From positions 1 to 64,000 of IMG/VR virus record IMGVR_UViG_3300048502_000088: a stretch of DNA of 64,000 nt. One strand, written 5' to 3'. Positions 1-9,353 of the stretch are shown in pieces. The stretch comes from an uncultured virus (IMG/VR IMGVR_UViG_3300048502_000088) (Duplodnaviria > Heunggongvirae > Uroviricota > Caudoviricetes). A model generated the notes under the pieces. It searched no databases. It was not told the origin of the DNA and worked only from the letters and a program-made list of their open reading frames with translations. Positions within the stretch are counted from its first letter, which is position 1, and every line of letters starts with the position of its first letter. The translations under genes and the position numbers were made by a program.

Positions 1-44
1 GGCACAGGAACGAGCCATCCAGGCAACCGGGGCGGAGGAGTCCC

Positions 45-368
45 ATGCGTAAACCGAGCAAGGCCATGCGCGCCGCATTCGCTCGCGAGATAACGGCGCT
101 TTTTGTCGCGGAAGGGGCTGTCAAGGTGGACGACGTGTTCCATACCCTCGAACTGCAAACCATAGTTGGCGTGCTGCAAATCAGAGTGGATGGGGACTGG
201 CTAACCGTGTTCGGGCGCTTCGTTGATATCGAGGCGGCGCGGGAGATCGTGGATATCAACCCGCACTCGGGAAAATGGAACCACCACTATGCTCACTGGA
301 TGTCGGTGCCCGATGCGGTGGAAAATCTCAAGCGCGAGATATCCCGGCTGAAGGTGGTGTCAGTATGA
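45..368 (+). CDS. hypothetical phage protein
   Basis: 107-aa ORF with GGAGGAG RBS upstream; ATGA overlap with next gene. Confidence 0.7.
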   Translation: MRKPSKAMRAAFAREITALFVAEGAVKVDDVFHTLELQTIVGVLQIRVDGDWLTVFGRFVDIEAAREIVDINPHSGKWNHHYAHWMSVPDAVENLKREISRLKVVSV

Positions 369-400
369 GCGGCTGCATGAGCGGCAGCATGAGCGGCTGT
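365..400 (+). repeat. 3 x 12-bp tandem repeat ATGAGCGGC(T/A)G(C/T)
   Basis: read directly: atgagcggctgc atgagcggcagc atgagcggctgt. Confidence 0.9.
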
Positions 401-649
401 ATCCCGCCCCCGCTCCGGGCCGCGCTGGACACCTTCCGCGTGCTGGCCCATAACCCGCCGTTGTATCTGGCCAGCGTTGAGGCTCTGCGGGATGCGGTGG
501 AGGATCTGGCGGCAGAGGTGGCTCCCTCGTGCGACTGCGGACGCGCCCGCGCGGGTGAGTGCCGGGAGTGCAACAGGCGGGACGCTATGGAGGCAAAGGG
601 AGACTGGGCCGGGGAGGTCGCGGACGACATGGCGAGGTTCGGGTGTTGA
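365..649 (+). CDS. small Cys-containing hypothetical protein (CxC..CxxC)
   Basis: ATG at 365 overlaps upstream stop; begins with a 12-bp tandem repeat. Confidence 0.6.
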   Translation: MSGCMSGSMSGCIPPPLRAALDTFRVLAHNPPLYLASVEALRDAVEDLAAEVAPSCDCGRARAGECRECNRRDAMEAKGDWAGEVADDMARFGC

Positions 650-775
650 GGGTTCGGGACGGGTGTGGCTACCGCGTCAGGTCGGCGTGGGACGCGGTAG
701 CCGGAGCCGGGTTGCTGGTGCTGGCCGGTGATGGGGTATGGTCTCGGGTGGACGCGGATATTTCGGAGGCTACCC

Positions 776-1204
776 ATGCGTAAGGACCGCACCGGCGCGA
801 AGCGCACGCACCGCAACGACCCGACGCCGATAGAGACGCTGGACCGGATAGCGGCGGCGGTCAGCCGTCTGGTTGAGAACGCGCACGAATGCCAGCTGGA
901 CTATTCCTGCGCTGGCTTCGAGGTGGCATACGCCAAGGTGACACTGGCCGATATTCGCCGGGTCGTGGCCGTGGATATGGCGGAAAGCGGAGACCGCTTC
1001 AGCTCCGACTACCGGCATGAGGAAACGGAGATGCGCTCGGTATGTCTTCGGATTCTCGGCAGTACGGTGATGCTTAATAATCTGTGCGATTCCCTGATCG
1101 CTGAAGGGGCCGTGGTTGAGATAGCTAAGTTACCGCGATCCACGGCCAAAAATAAGCGGCGGGGGGTTGCGGCGGTAACCACCCTCGAGGTGAGTCATGC
1201 GTAA
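776..1204 (+). CDS. hypothetical protein
   Basis: ATG at 776 preceded by GGAGG, within ORF 728..1204. Confidence 0.6.
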   Translation: MRKDRTGAKRTHRNDPTPIETLDRIAAAVSRLVENAHECQLDYSCAGFEVAYAKVTLADIRRVVAVDMAESGDRFSSDYRHEETEMRSVCLRILGSTVMLNNLCDSLIAEGAVVEIAKLPRSTAKNKRRGVAAVTTLEVSHA

Positions 1205-1322
1205 GATAGCGGCAACTTTAAAAGCACCGTGGGTGGAGTCGCGGATATAAAGGCGGCACGGTTCAGACTTTTTACACAGATGGACTAAACGCCTGGAGCA
1301 ATAGGACAGAAAAGGATAATCC

Positions 1323-1775
1323 ATGACGAAGACGGAGAAAGCACAGTTAGCCTCACTGGAGGCCACCATAGAGCAGTTGGCACGGGAAGTAATGCTGGAG
1401 CGTGCCATGCGGAGAACGGCAGTGGTTACGCCCGACCTTCCGCCGCCGCGTGTGGGGTGGACTGGAATGATTCTGACTAAGGGATGGATGTTTAATTCCT
1501 ACGCGGATGAAGTCGGCAAGGCGTGCTCCAGTGCCGTTCATCATTCACTTCATGGTTGGGATAAAACCACATCGCAGCGCCCGCTACACCTGTACTCGAC
1601 GGAACTGCTGGCGCTTCAGGCGTTGCGCCACGAGGCGGGGGAGCAGTCCGCGCGGAGGCTGGCTGCGATTGATAAGCGGATTGCGGAAGCAGGCACACCA
1701 CGAAGATACCCGGAAGCAGCGGAGGAGCCTGAGGGCGTTGATCCGAACGTGAAGCCGTCAGGGGTTAAGTCATGA
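1323..1775 (+). CDS. hypothetical phage protein
   Basis: 150-aa ORF with AAGGA RBS. Confidence 0.7.
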   Translation: MTKTEKAQLASLEATIEQLAREVMLERAMRRTAVVTPDLPPPRVGWTGMILTKGWMFNSYADEVGKACSSAVHHSLHGWDKTTSQRPLHLYSTELLALQALRHEAGEQSARRLAAIDKRIAEAGTPRRYPEAAEEPEGVDPNVKPSGVKS

Positions 1776-1809
1776 CCCTCACCCCAGCGGAGCGGGGCGT
1801 AATGGAACT

Positions 1810-2031
1810 GTGCTTGTGGCTTGGCGGATTCTTCTTCGGGTCAGGCTGCGCGATGCTGTGGTATCAGTTGCGGAAGCTTTGGAGGACACCATGAAGGCGC
1901 TCGGCAAAGACATCAAAGAATTCTGGCGCAATGCTACGGACGAGGAGCGGCACGCCCGATGCCTGCTGTTGTGGTATGGGTTGCTGGCGCTGTGCCTGGT
2001 TGGATTAATATACGGGGTATCCCATGTCTGA
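1810..2031 (+). CDS. small membrane protein
   Basis: C-terminal hydrophobic helix LLLWYGLLALCLVGLIYGV; start uncertain. Confidence 0.5.
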   Translation: MLVAWRILLRVRLRDAVVSVAEALEDTMKALGKDIKEFWRNATDEERHARCLLLWYGLLALCLVGLIYGVSHV

Positions 2032-2464
2032 CACCATGCTCTCTGACACCATGCTCTCTGACACCATGCTCTCTGACACCATGCTCTCCTGCGGCCACGC
2101 GGCCAACTCCACAGACGGTCACGGCAATCCATCATGCGCGATCTGCGTGGGCATCGGTGCCGACCCGGTGCCCATGGCCACTCCGGACCTGTCCGGGCGC
2201 GTAGCGCGGTGCTCCTGTGGCCACACGCAGCCATCCAGCATGAGGCTGGCGTTCTTCGAGTACATGGGCGAGGGGTCGCGGCGGGCTGTCGATAGCTGCG
2301 GACTGTGCGGTTACGCATGGGCGGCGCACGACCCCGACAGCATGGCGCGGAACGTACCAGGCAACCGACGTACCGTAGTAGAGCAGGGGCGGTGCCGGGG
2401 ATTCGTTGCGCACGGGGCTTATGAGTTTGATTCGTATTATTGTGGTTGTCGGGGGTTCGAATGA
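2024..2464 (+). CDS. Cys-rich hypothetical protein (multiple CxxC/CxC)
   Basis: ORF overlapping both neighbours; N-terminal (SDTML)x4. Confidence 0.65.
   Translation: MSDTMLSDTMLSDTMLSDTMLSCGHAANSTDGHGNPSCAICVGIGADPVPMATPDLSGRVARCSCGHTQPSSMRLAFFEYMGEGSRRAVDSCGLCGYAWAAHDPDSMARNVPGNRRTVVEQGRCRGFVAHGAYEFDSYYCGCRGFE
2027..2086 (+). repeat. 4 x 15-bp perfect tandem repeat TCTGACACCATGCTC
   Basis: read directly. Confidence 0.95.
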
Positions 2465-2883
2465 TGGATTCTGAAGGGGCTATGTCTGCGTTACCAGAGT
2501 TACCGCCCCCCGAACCGGAAACCAGGACTCAGCCGCCTGGAGCCGCTTTGATGCTTGCTGCGGATCTCGCCCGGATCTTTACCGAAGATCCTAACGCGAA
2601 AGTAACGGTTCGCGTCATCGAGCCGCCGCAGAAGACGCGGAAAACCACCCCGCGAGCGACCACCCCGAGACCGGGTAGGCCGGCCACCACGGACGCTGCC
2701 CGCGTGATAGCCCTGCGTGAAGACCCGCAGCGTTACACGTGGCGGCAGATAGCGGAAATGATGGGCGTATCACAAGGCACCGCGATACGAGTTTACAGGA
2801 AATCAAAAGGATTGCGTGTCGAGAGACCGCGCTACATTCTGGGCGTTTTGCCGCGCCAGGAAAGACTTAGAGGAGGCTTTTAA
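2461..2883 (+). CDS. HTH DNA-binding protein
   Basis: HTH-like segment YTWRQIAEMMGVSQGTAIRVY. Confidence 0.65.
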   Translation: MMDSEGAMSALPELPPPEPETRTQPPGAALMLAADLARIFTEDPNAKVTVRVIEPPQKTRKTTPRATTPRPGRPATTDAARVIALREDPQRYTWRQIAEMMGVSQGTAIRVYRKSKGLRVERPRYILGVLPRQERLRGGF

Positions 2884-3125
2884 TGCTTGAATCATTTTTT
2901 AACAACTTGTTGGTCATAACCTGCGCTGTCGCTGTCGTCGTCGTGCTCGCCGTCGTCCGCTGGCTGTATAAATCCTGGATGAGAGTTAGCGCCGATCCGC
3001 CGCCGCCGCCCGAACGGGGACGCGGAATTTACACGGGCGCTGATAGGCCCGTCTGCTCCGATTGCGGAGCGTCCATCGATCTCGGTGAGCCGCACGGGCG
3101 GGGCTGTGCGAAGGTTGGCGCGTGA
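2883..3125 (+). CDS. small membrane protein with Zn-finger-like tail
   Basis: N-terminal TM helix, CxxC..H..C; GAGGAGG RBS. Confidence 0.6.
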   Translation: MLESFFNNLLVITCAVAVVVVLAVVRWLYKSWMRVSADPPPPPERGRGIYTGADRPVCSDCGASIDLGEPHGRGCAKVGA

Positions 3126-4249
3126 GTACCGTTCGTCTTCTTCAGATTGACGGCAAGGTTCCGAACATCGCCCTGATGCGTCTTGCGGCGCACCATAAAG
3201 AACTGGGCAATGAAGTGATCTTTCACCATGCGGACGCACCCGAAAGAGTCCAGCCGTGGTGGTTTCGCCCTGCCGATAAAATCTATGCCAGCGCGATATT
3301 CTCGCGTTCCGCGCCGGTTGTAAAGGAATTGCTTCGCGGTCGCCCGGACGCGGTTGTAGGCGGCACCGGATCGGATATACCGCCGCTGCAAATCAGTACC
3401 CTTGAAGCACACGGCGTCACCACTTTGGCGCAAGACTATTCGATCTATCCTAAGTACCAGCAAAGCATCGGATTCACCCAACGCGGTTGTAGGCTTAAAT
3501 GCTCTTTTTGCGTTGTCCCGCAGAAGGAAGGCCGCGTTAAGCCAGAGCACACCATTGGAGAGATTTGGCGCGGCGATCCGTGGCCCCGTGAACTGGTTTT
3601 GCTTGATAACGATTTCTTCGGACAACCCGCGTGGCGTGAGCGTATCCGTGAGATTCGGGACGGCGGATTCAAGGTGAGTTTCAATCAGGGAATCAATGCC
3701 CGATGTATCACTGACGAAGCCGCTGAGGCAATCGCCTCTGTGAAGTATCGCGACGATAACTTCAAGACTAAGATGATTTACACGGCATGGGATAGCTGGG
3801 CCGATGAGGACCGTCTTTTCACCGGACTGAGCCGTCTCACGAAGTACGGCGTCAAACCAGATCACATTATGGTCTACATGCTCATCGGCTACTGGCCTGG
3901 TGAAACCGCCGAGGACCGCGAATACCGGCGGGCGAAACTCAGAGCGTTCGGCGCACGCCCGTTCCCCATGGCCTACATCACCGAGGACACCCCGCCCGAA
4001 GTCGCCCTTGAACTGAGGGGCTTTCAACGTTGGGTGATTCGCCGCGCCGATGTAGGAAAGAATCGATGTTCCTGGAAGGATTTTCAGGCAGTCAGGTATC
4101 GACCGGAGAAACTTGGCATGAAAACCCGCGATGCGTGTATCCATTGCGGTATGGACTTCTCGCAATTGTCTTCCGATGACCAACTCAGCCACCTGCTGGA
4201 CGTTCATCCAGCGGAATCCAAACGAGCACTTACTGCGGCCATGATATGA
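3122..4249 (+). CDS. radical SAM protein (phage type)
   Basis: TQRGCRLKCSFCVVPQKEG (CxxxCxxC), PNIALMRLAAHHK, GGTG, LLDNDFF, FNQG. Confidence 0.9.
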   Translation: MSTVRLLQIDGKVPNIALMRLAAHHKELGNEVIFHHADAPERVQPWWFRPADKIYASAIFSRSAPVVKELLRGRPDAVVGGTGSDIPPLQISTLEAHGVTTLAQDYSIYPKYQQSIGFTQRGCRLKCSFCVVPQKEGRVKPEHTIGEIWRGDPWPRELVLLDNDFFGQPAWRERIREIRDGGFKVSFNQGINARCITDEAAEAIASVKYRDDNFKTKMIYTAWDSWADEDRLFTGLSRLTKYGVKPDHIMVYMLIGYWPGETAEDREYRRAKLRAFGARPFPMAYITEDTPPEVALELRGFQRWVIRRADVGKNRCSWKDFQAVRYRPEKLGMKTRDACIHCGMDFSQLSSDDQLSHLLDVHPAESKRALTAAMI

Positions 4250-4431
4250 GCACCCCCAAAGACTTAGACCTGATCTCCGGCCCGAAAGGTATATCCCTGC
4301 CTGCCGCTGATATTGCTGCCTTACTGCAACGCATGATATTCGCCCGTCAGCACAGCCGGGACCTGATTGCCGAACTGGAACGCTCCCTGGCCGACCGCCG
4401 TAAGCGGAGCCTATTCCGTCCGCCCGGCTGA
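4246..4431 (+). CDS. hypothetical protein
   Basis: ATGA-coupled 61-aa ORF, last rightward gene. Confidence 0.5.
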   Translation: MSTPKDLDLISGPKGISLPAADIAALLQRMIFARQHSRDLIAELERSLADRRKRSLFRPPG

Positions 4432-4549
4432 CGCTGGCTCAGATTAACAGCCGCGAACTCGGCACATAAGCGCCTTCTGTGCGATCCGCGCGGCCATCCA
4501 TGCCCCGCTCCGCTAGGCTGGCAGTGGGTCAGCTTGAGGCCACGCTCCG

Positions 4550-6163
4550 CTAGGCTTTATCCGGTTTCCGGTATCTGACCCTCTGCACGCCGTCGTCTCC
4601 GCGTGGGCGCTCGCGCTTCCAGCCGGACTGCGTGAGCGCCTTTCCGCATTGCGGGGCAAGACTGAAGCGTTCCCTGCCAAGCGGCACCTTGAGGTTATTC
4701 ATGATCTCTTCCACGGAGCATGTTCCGGGGAACTCATGCGAAAGCCCCGCGCAGGCGTGGGCCGCCGACAGAAAACTTACCGCGTTAACGTTCTCAGTTA
4801 CGCGCGTGGACTGCTCCTGCCTGGCGGTTACGATCAACTCCTTATCCTCATCCGGGTGCAGGTACCAGCGCTGGCCGGCCCGATAGCGGTGCAGCGCCTC
4901 AGCCATCAGCAGGTCGCGTTCCGCGCGCAGGCCGTCCAGATCGAACGCCTTCTTGCACGCCACCGGCCACCATCGGCGGTCCTCTTCGAGCGCCCAATCG
5001 TCGCCGTTCACGGTTGCGATAAACACGCACTGGCGAGGGCGCTTTTCGTGGCGATGGCCCCAGGTGGGCCGGAACTTCTCGAAGTCGCGGGTTACCCATG
5101 ACTTAATCGAGCGCATTTCTGACTTTCCGAGAACGTCCAGTTCGTCCATCAGAACACCCCAGAGGCCCGCGCTCAGAAGCGCCTGGTTGTCTTTGCTGGT
5201 GACATCGCCCACGATGACGGCGTACCATTCTCCGAAAATGATCTCAGCCAGGGTCGTTTTCCCGATGCCTTTAGCCCCTTCAATCACGAGCACATGGTGA
5301 ACCTTGCAGCCTGGCTCGAAGATTCTGGCTATCATCGATATCCACCAGCGCACTCCGATAGCCGAGATGAAGTTATTCAGTGCGATTGCATCATCGGAGT
5401 CGTTGGATTCGCTGGGGCCTGCGCCACAGAGCCGCTGTAGCCATGTTTCAAGGCGCGGCACGCCGTCATGGGCTGGAAGTCCGTTCAGGTAGTCTTTGAC
5501 GGGATGGAAACTGTTCGCCTTAGCCCAGCAGTCGGCTGACCGCCGCACGGTGTCGATTGTCCATTTGTAGTCCTGCGTCTCGCGCTCGAACCACGACTGC
5601 ACGAGCGTGTCGTGATGATCGCGGACAGGCTCTCCGGCGGCAAGCCCGATGGGCAGGTCGCCCGTCACAAGCGGCTCACCCGTAAACTCGTTCCATTTCA
5701 GATTTCCCGCCCACGCTTCGTGGTTGTCGAAATAAAGGAGGGCGTTGGTGACGCATGGGGCAGCCTGAGTGAAAGAGGGCGGTTTGCGGATTAGCTTTGA
5801 GGTCCAGTCCGAACCGGAAACGGGTCGCGCTTCCGCCGCTATCTGCTCCTGAATCGCCTTGACTCCCTTACGGAACCGGTGAAGGTTGAAATCCTTGCCG
5901 AACCTGGATTTTAATTTTGCCTCAAGTTCGTCGGCCTCCAGGACGGATTCCCCGCGCTCCAGGTAGGCGCAGGCGAACAGGCGTGCAAGTTCCGGCTCGT
6001 AGCAGGCTTCGACGCCGGCCAGGATCGCACTGGCGACCCTGAAGGCGAGCGGCGTGGTGGGTTTGTGTGTGGATGGTTCTGTGGCGTCGGGATCTGTGGT
6101 GGGGGTGTCCTCGCCGGGGATCACGCGGGGGTACTCCACAGCAGGGACTGGCCAGCGACGCAC
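4550..6163 (-). CDS. VapE/VirE-family P-loop ATPase (replicative helicase-like), copy 1
   Basis: FHPVKDYL, ARIFEPGCK, Walker A EGAKGIGKTT, Walker B LMDELD, PRQCVFIATVN, DRRWWPV. Confidence 0.85.
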   Translation of the reverse strand: MRRWPVPAVEYPRVIPGEDTPTTDPDATEPSTHKPTTPLAFRVASAILAGVEACYEPELARLFACAYLERGESVLEADELEAKLKSRFGKDFNLHRFRKGVKAIQEQIAAEARPVSGSDWTSKLIRKPPSFTQAAPCVTNALLYFDNHEAWAGNLKWNEFTGEPLVTGDLPIGLAAGEPVRDHHDTLVQSWFERETQDYKWTIDTVRRSADCWAKANSFHPVKDYLNGLPAHDGVPRLETWLQRLCGAGPSESNDSDDAIALNNFISAIGVRWWISMIARIFEPGCKVHHVLVIEGAKGIGKTTLAEIIFGEWYAVIVGDVTSKDNQALLSAGLWGVLMDELDVLGKSEMRSIKSWVTRDFEKFRPTWGHRHEKRPRQCVFIATVNGDDWALEEDRRWWPVACKKAFDLDGLRAERDLLMAEALHRYRAGQRWYLHPDEDKELIVTARQEQSTRVTENVNAVSFLSAAHACAGLSHEFPGTCSVEEIMNNLKVPLGRERFSLAPQCGKALTQSGWKRERPRGDDGVQRVRYRKPDKA

Positions 6164-6661
6164 GGCGCTGGCATCGGCATCGGCTCTACAGGATCAGGAC
6201 ACCGCGCCGTCCGCAGGCCGAGCGCCAGCAGTCCACCCTTTGTTTCGCCAATAATCTCGAAACCGGCGCGCAGATAGCAGCGCCCGAAGTCCCGTTTGTG
6301 GCGGACCTTCGACCGGTCGATGAACGTCACCATGCAGATCGGCCCGACCACCGATGGCACCTCAGGCATCTCTGGCCACCTCCATCGCGTAGCGGCGAGG
6401 GCGGATGTTATCAGTTCGCTGGCAAGTGCCCCCCCCCTCACGGCGGAAGCAGGAATTTATCCACGCACCCGGCCATGTGTGGCGCACGTAAGCGGCGAAA
6501 GGCCAGGAGGATACCCACAACGCCTCAGGCGCAAGCAAGACAAGACAGCGCCCAGGCGGCACAAACTGCGGCGTGCCGGGCTTCTGGCGATTGTAGTGCC
6601 GGTCGGCCATCGGCAGTGCTCGGGGATCGGCGCGGTGAGACAGATGCCAGAGGGAAGTCAA
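6121..6661 (-). pseudogene. Mom-like (GNAT-fold) DNA-modification protein split by a frameshift in a G9 tract
   Basis: 5' half (ADRHYNRQKPG..QFVPPG..CFRREG) and 3' half (LASELI..TFIDRSKV..GRCYLRAGF..GETKGGL) join in frame if the G9 at 6429-6437 is G8; family assignment by motif resemblance. Confidence 0.65.
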
Positions 6662-8478
6662 AAAAGTCCCCCAAAGTACGTGGACTTTTCCATCTTCCTG
6701 CTCGGTGTGTTGCCAACGCAGTGCGGCGAAAACCAGATACGCTCACGGCCAGCATTCTCGCGTCCAGAACCTTCGCCTTGCGACCCGTACCCGCCGCGCG
6801 CCTTCCATGCCACACACTCCCAGGATTCGGGCATGGCGTGCTCTCCCTCGTACCCGCACAGCGCAATCCTGAGATCGCGATTATCACCATTCTCGATGGC
6901 CCACTTACGCACATCAGTAGCCACCGTGCCGGAATCCGAAGCATAGAGCGTCATATTGCGGCCTGCTTCTTCCCCATAAGGGGGATCGAGGAAGACAGCC
7001 GTGATGCCATGCTTGAAGGTCACAGAAGGGCCGCAGACTCGGCTCCAGTCTCCGCAACAGACACGGACTTTGCGGAGCCTGTCTGCCAGTCCCGTGAGGT
7101 ATTTTTGCAGTCCAGCCCGTACCCGCGTTCCCGAGGTGAGGTCGCTTGCGATGAACGCCTCTTCGCCCGCGTCCCCGAGGTGAGGTAGCTGGCGATGAAC
7201 GCCCGCACCCGCGTCCCCGAGGTGAGGTAGCTGGCGCTTAACGCCCTTACCCGCGTTCCCGAGGTGAGGTCGCTGGCTTGCCGCCGCACACCATCCCGAA
7301 CCGATCCATATGCTTTGCCCCCACACCCACCATCCCGCCACCATCGAATCGAAATATAACGGGTCGGTTTTCATCCGCTCCTGAAACTCCATATTGTTCA
7401 CGAGCCACAAATGCCGCGCGTGCTGATCGGCTTCATTGACCGGATTATCTGCGTGCGCCGCGACCGCCCCAGGGTCGCTCTGGAGCGCCCGCCAGAAGTT
7501 TGCGACGAAGCAGTTGTGTGAAGCAAGTCCTTCCGCGATGAACGTGTGGCAGTCCGTTTGGATAGCCACAACCTCCCGCTCTCCAAGGTACTCTTTCGAA
7601 ACGAGACCAACAGCGCGGTGCTCGCGTCCGTACAGGCTCACGTGCGTAAGCCTTGATTGGAGGTTAGCAATGAGGCGCTGCGGCCTGAATCTCATGAGTA
7701 ACGAGAGCGTCGCGGTAAGTCCGCCGTTGATTTCTAGGCGTTTAGCGCGACGTTGACCTTTTCGACGACGAATATCGAATCCGCGCGACTTAATTAACGC
7801 TTCAGCGGAATCCAGAACCGGGCCTTCGTTTTGCGATAGGCAGACTTTAAGCCCCGTCCCGACTTTGATATTTCCCTCGCCGTCGAGAATTCCGCCCACC
7901 CATCCCGCCTGATATGATTCCTCCCTCTGTATGACGTCGGTCACCTTTAGCACCCACGTCCGCTGTGTGGCGCGATTACATACCATATTGGCCGTCCTCA
8001 CCCATCGCCATCCCCTACCGCCACTTGCGTGTGATCCACCAAGCCACATGTGGTCAGCGGAGGCCACCAATGAAGTTCCGTCGTCGAACGTGAGCCGGTA
8101 GCAAGGTTTGATGGCACGCCGCACCGCCTGAACCGTTCCCTTGGCAAGGCGACGGTACCTCTTAGGTGCGCGCAGGCCTTCCCTTGCTTCTCCATTGCGC
8201 TCATCGAATCCGAAGAGTGCGTCGCCTTCCTTTACGTCGCCAGCTGCTATCCATGATAGGTCGGACATGAGAATCCTAGTGTCTGGCGCAACACAGTCCA
8301 TATCGTTGACGGTTTCGGTATGCGCTTCGTGTGGCCGGCCCAGCAGAACCGCGCCAGAGCCAAAGAACGGCTCAACGTAATTCGGCACGTCTCCGAAACG
8401 GTCCCAAACAATATCGGCTACCTTGGACTTACCGCCGAACCAAGGGAACGGGGCGCGAAGGTCTACTGTGTCGCTCAC
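6658..8478 (-). CDS. Dam/D12-class N6-adenine DNA methyltransferase containing an intein
   Basis: PFPWFGGKS, YVEPFFGSGAV, NDMD, FLDPPY; GTG start at 8478 overlaps upstream stop. Confidence 0.9.
   Translation of the reverse strand: MSDTVDLRAPFPWFGGKSKVADIVWDRFGDVPNYVEPFFGSGAVLLGRPHEAHTETVNDMDCVAPDTRILMSDLSWIAAGDVKEGDALFGFDERNGEAREGLRAPKRYRRLAKGTVQAVRRAIKPCYRLTFDDGTSLVASADHMWLGGSHASGGRGWRWVRTANMVCNRATQRTWVLKVTDVIQREESYQAGWVGGILDGEGNIKVGTGLKVCLSQNEGPVLDSAEALIKSRGFDIRRRKGQRRAKRLEINGGLTATLSLLMRFRPQRLIANLQSRLTHVSLYGREHRAVGLVSKEYLGEREVVAIQTDCHTFIAEGLASHNCFVANFWRALQSDPGAVAAHADNPVNEADQHARHLWLVNNMEFQERMKTDPLYFDSMVAGWWVWGQSIWIGSGWCAAASQRPHLGNAGKGVKRQLPHLGDAGAGVHRQLPHLGDAGEEAFIASDLTSGTRVRAGLQKYLTGLADRLRKVRVCCGDWSRVCGPSVTFKHGITAVFLDPPYGEEAGRNMTLYASDSGTVATDVRKWAIENGDNRDLRIALCGYEGEHAMPESWECVAWKARGGYGSQGEGSGRENAGRERIWFSPHCVGNTPSRKMEKSTYFGGLF
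7121..7277 (-). repeat. 4 copies of a 42-bp coding repeat (xLPHLGDAGxGV) inside the methyltransferase
   Basis: gaggtgaggt cores at 7133, 7177, 7219, 7261 (spacings 44, 42, 42). Confidence 0.85.
7513..8295 (-). mobile_element. intein (261 aa) with LAGLIDADG homing endonuclease
   Basis: N-terminal C1 CVAPDTRILMSD, block B ASADHMWL, GWVGGILDGEGNI, C-terminal HTFIAEGLASHN followed by Cys(+1). Confidence 0.93.
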
Positions 8479-9083
8479 GCCGCCGTATCCTCCGCCAGCG
8501 CCGTTACCCACATCCCCTGCATCTCAGCCAGCCAGCCATCTTTATCCGCCATCTCCTGACGATACTCCCGCCTCTCCGCTGCCGTGCCGTGGCAGAGCCA
8601 CTGGTTAACGCGGTTGGCGGGCGACATGGCTTCGATCCACCGCCTTAGTCTGCCACAGCATTCGGCGAACTCCTCGTCTTCGTCGTTAAACGCCACGCAG
8701 GTGGCGTCTATGACGCACTGACGCCGCCGCGCCCACCACCAGGCCGATACAGCGGCATCCTCGCGGGCGGCGTGCTGTGCGGCGCGGGGCATGGGCCTGC
8801 GGGGGTCGAGAGAGACGCCCGCGTATTCAGCCAGCGCCTTAACTGCATCGGAGAAGTTGACGGAATTGATCTCCTGGTAAAATGTAAGGACATCGCCCTT
8901 GGCGCTGCAACCAAAGCACTTGTAGTAATTATCGTGTACTGATAGACTTGGGGACTTTTCTTTATGGAACGGACACAGCCCCGTGTATCGGCCTCCGACC
9001 TTGCGCAGACTTACGTACTGGCCGATGAAGGCAGGTAGCCTGACCAGTCGCTTGATGTCCTCGATCACCCGCAGGTCGGTCAT
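8475..9083 (-). CDS. CHC2 zinc-finger protein (DnaG N-terminal domain, no TOPRIM)
   Basis: GLCPFHKEKSPS..YYKCFGCSAKGDVLTF..FSDAVKALAE. Confidence 0.9.
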   Translation of the reverse strand: MTDLRVIEDIKRLVRLPAFIGQYVSLRKVGGRYTGLCPFHKEKSPSLSVHDNYYKCFGCSAKGDVLTFYQEINSVNFSDAVKALAEYAGVSLDPRRPMPRAAQHAAREDAAVSAWWWARRRQCVIDATCVAFNDEDEEFAECCGRLRRWIEAMSPANRVNQWLCHGTAAERREYRQEMADKDGWLAEMQGMWVTALAEDTAA

Positions 9084-9353
9084 TCGGTCCCAACCTGCCA
9101 TGAGGTTCTTATCCCTGCCCTCTCAAAACCAAGATCAAAGCCACCGATGCCTGCGAACAGGGAACCGTGTGTCATGCTTTTATACCCTTCAGTGTCGCCG
9201 CCTCCCCCGCCATCTCCAGGGCATGCAAGCGCAGATCCGCCAGACGCTTAACGCTCTCCTCGCTCAACCCGTCGGGTACGCGCTCAAGGGTGCTGGCGAA
9301 CCAGAGCCAGGCGGTGGCGGGGCTGGATGGAGTAACTACGCAGGCATTATCGC

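Noticed and set aside
3029..4207. 392-aa minus-strand ORF
   Set aside because: Antisense to the radical SAM gene; no motifs
6067..7188. 373-aa plus-strand ORF
   Set aside because: Arg/Pro-rich shadow over the methylase and Mom-like genes
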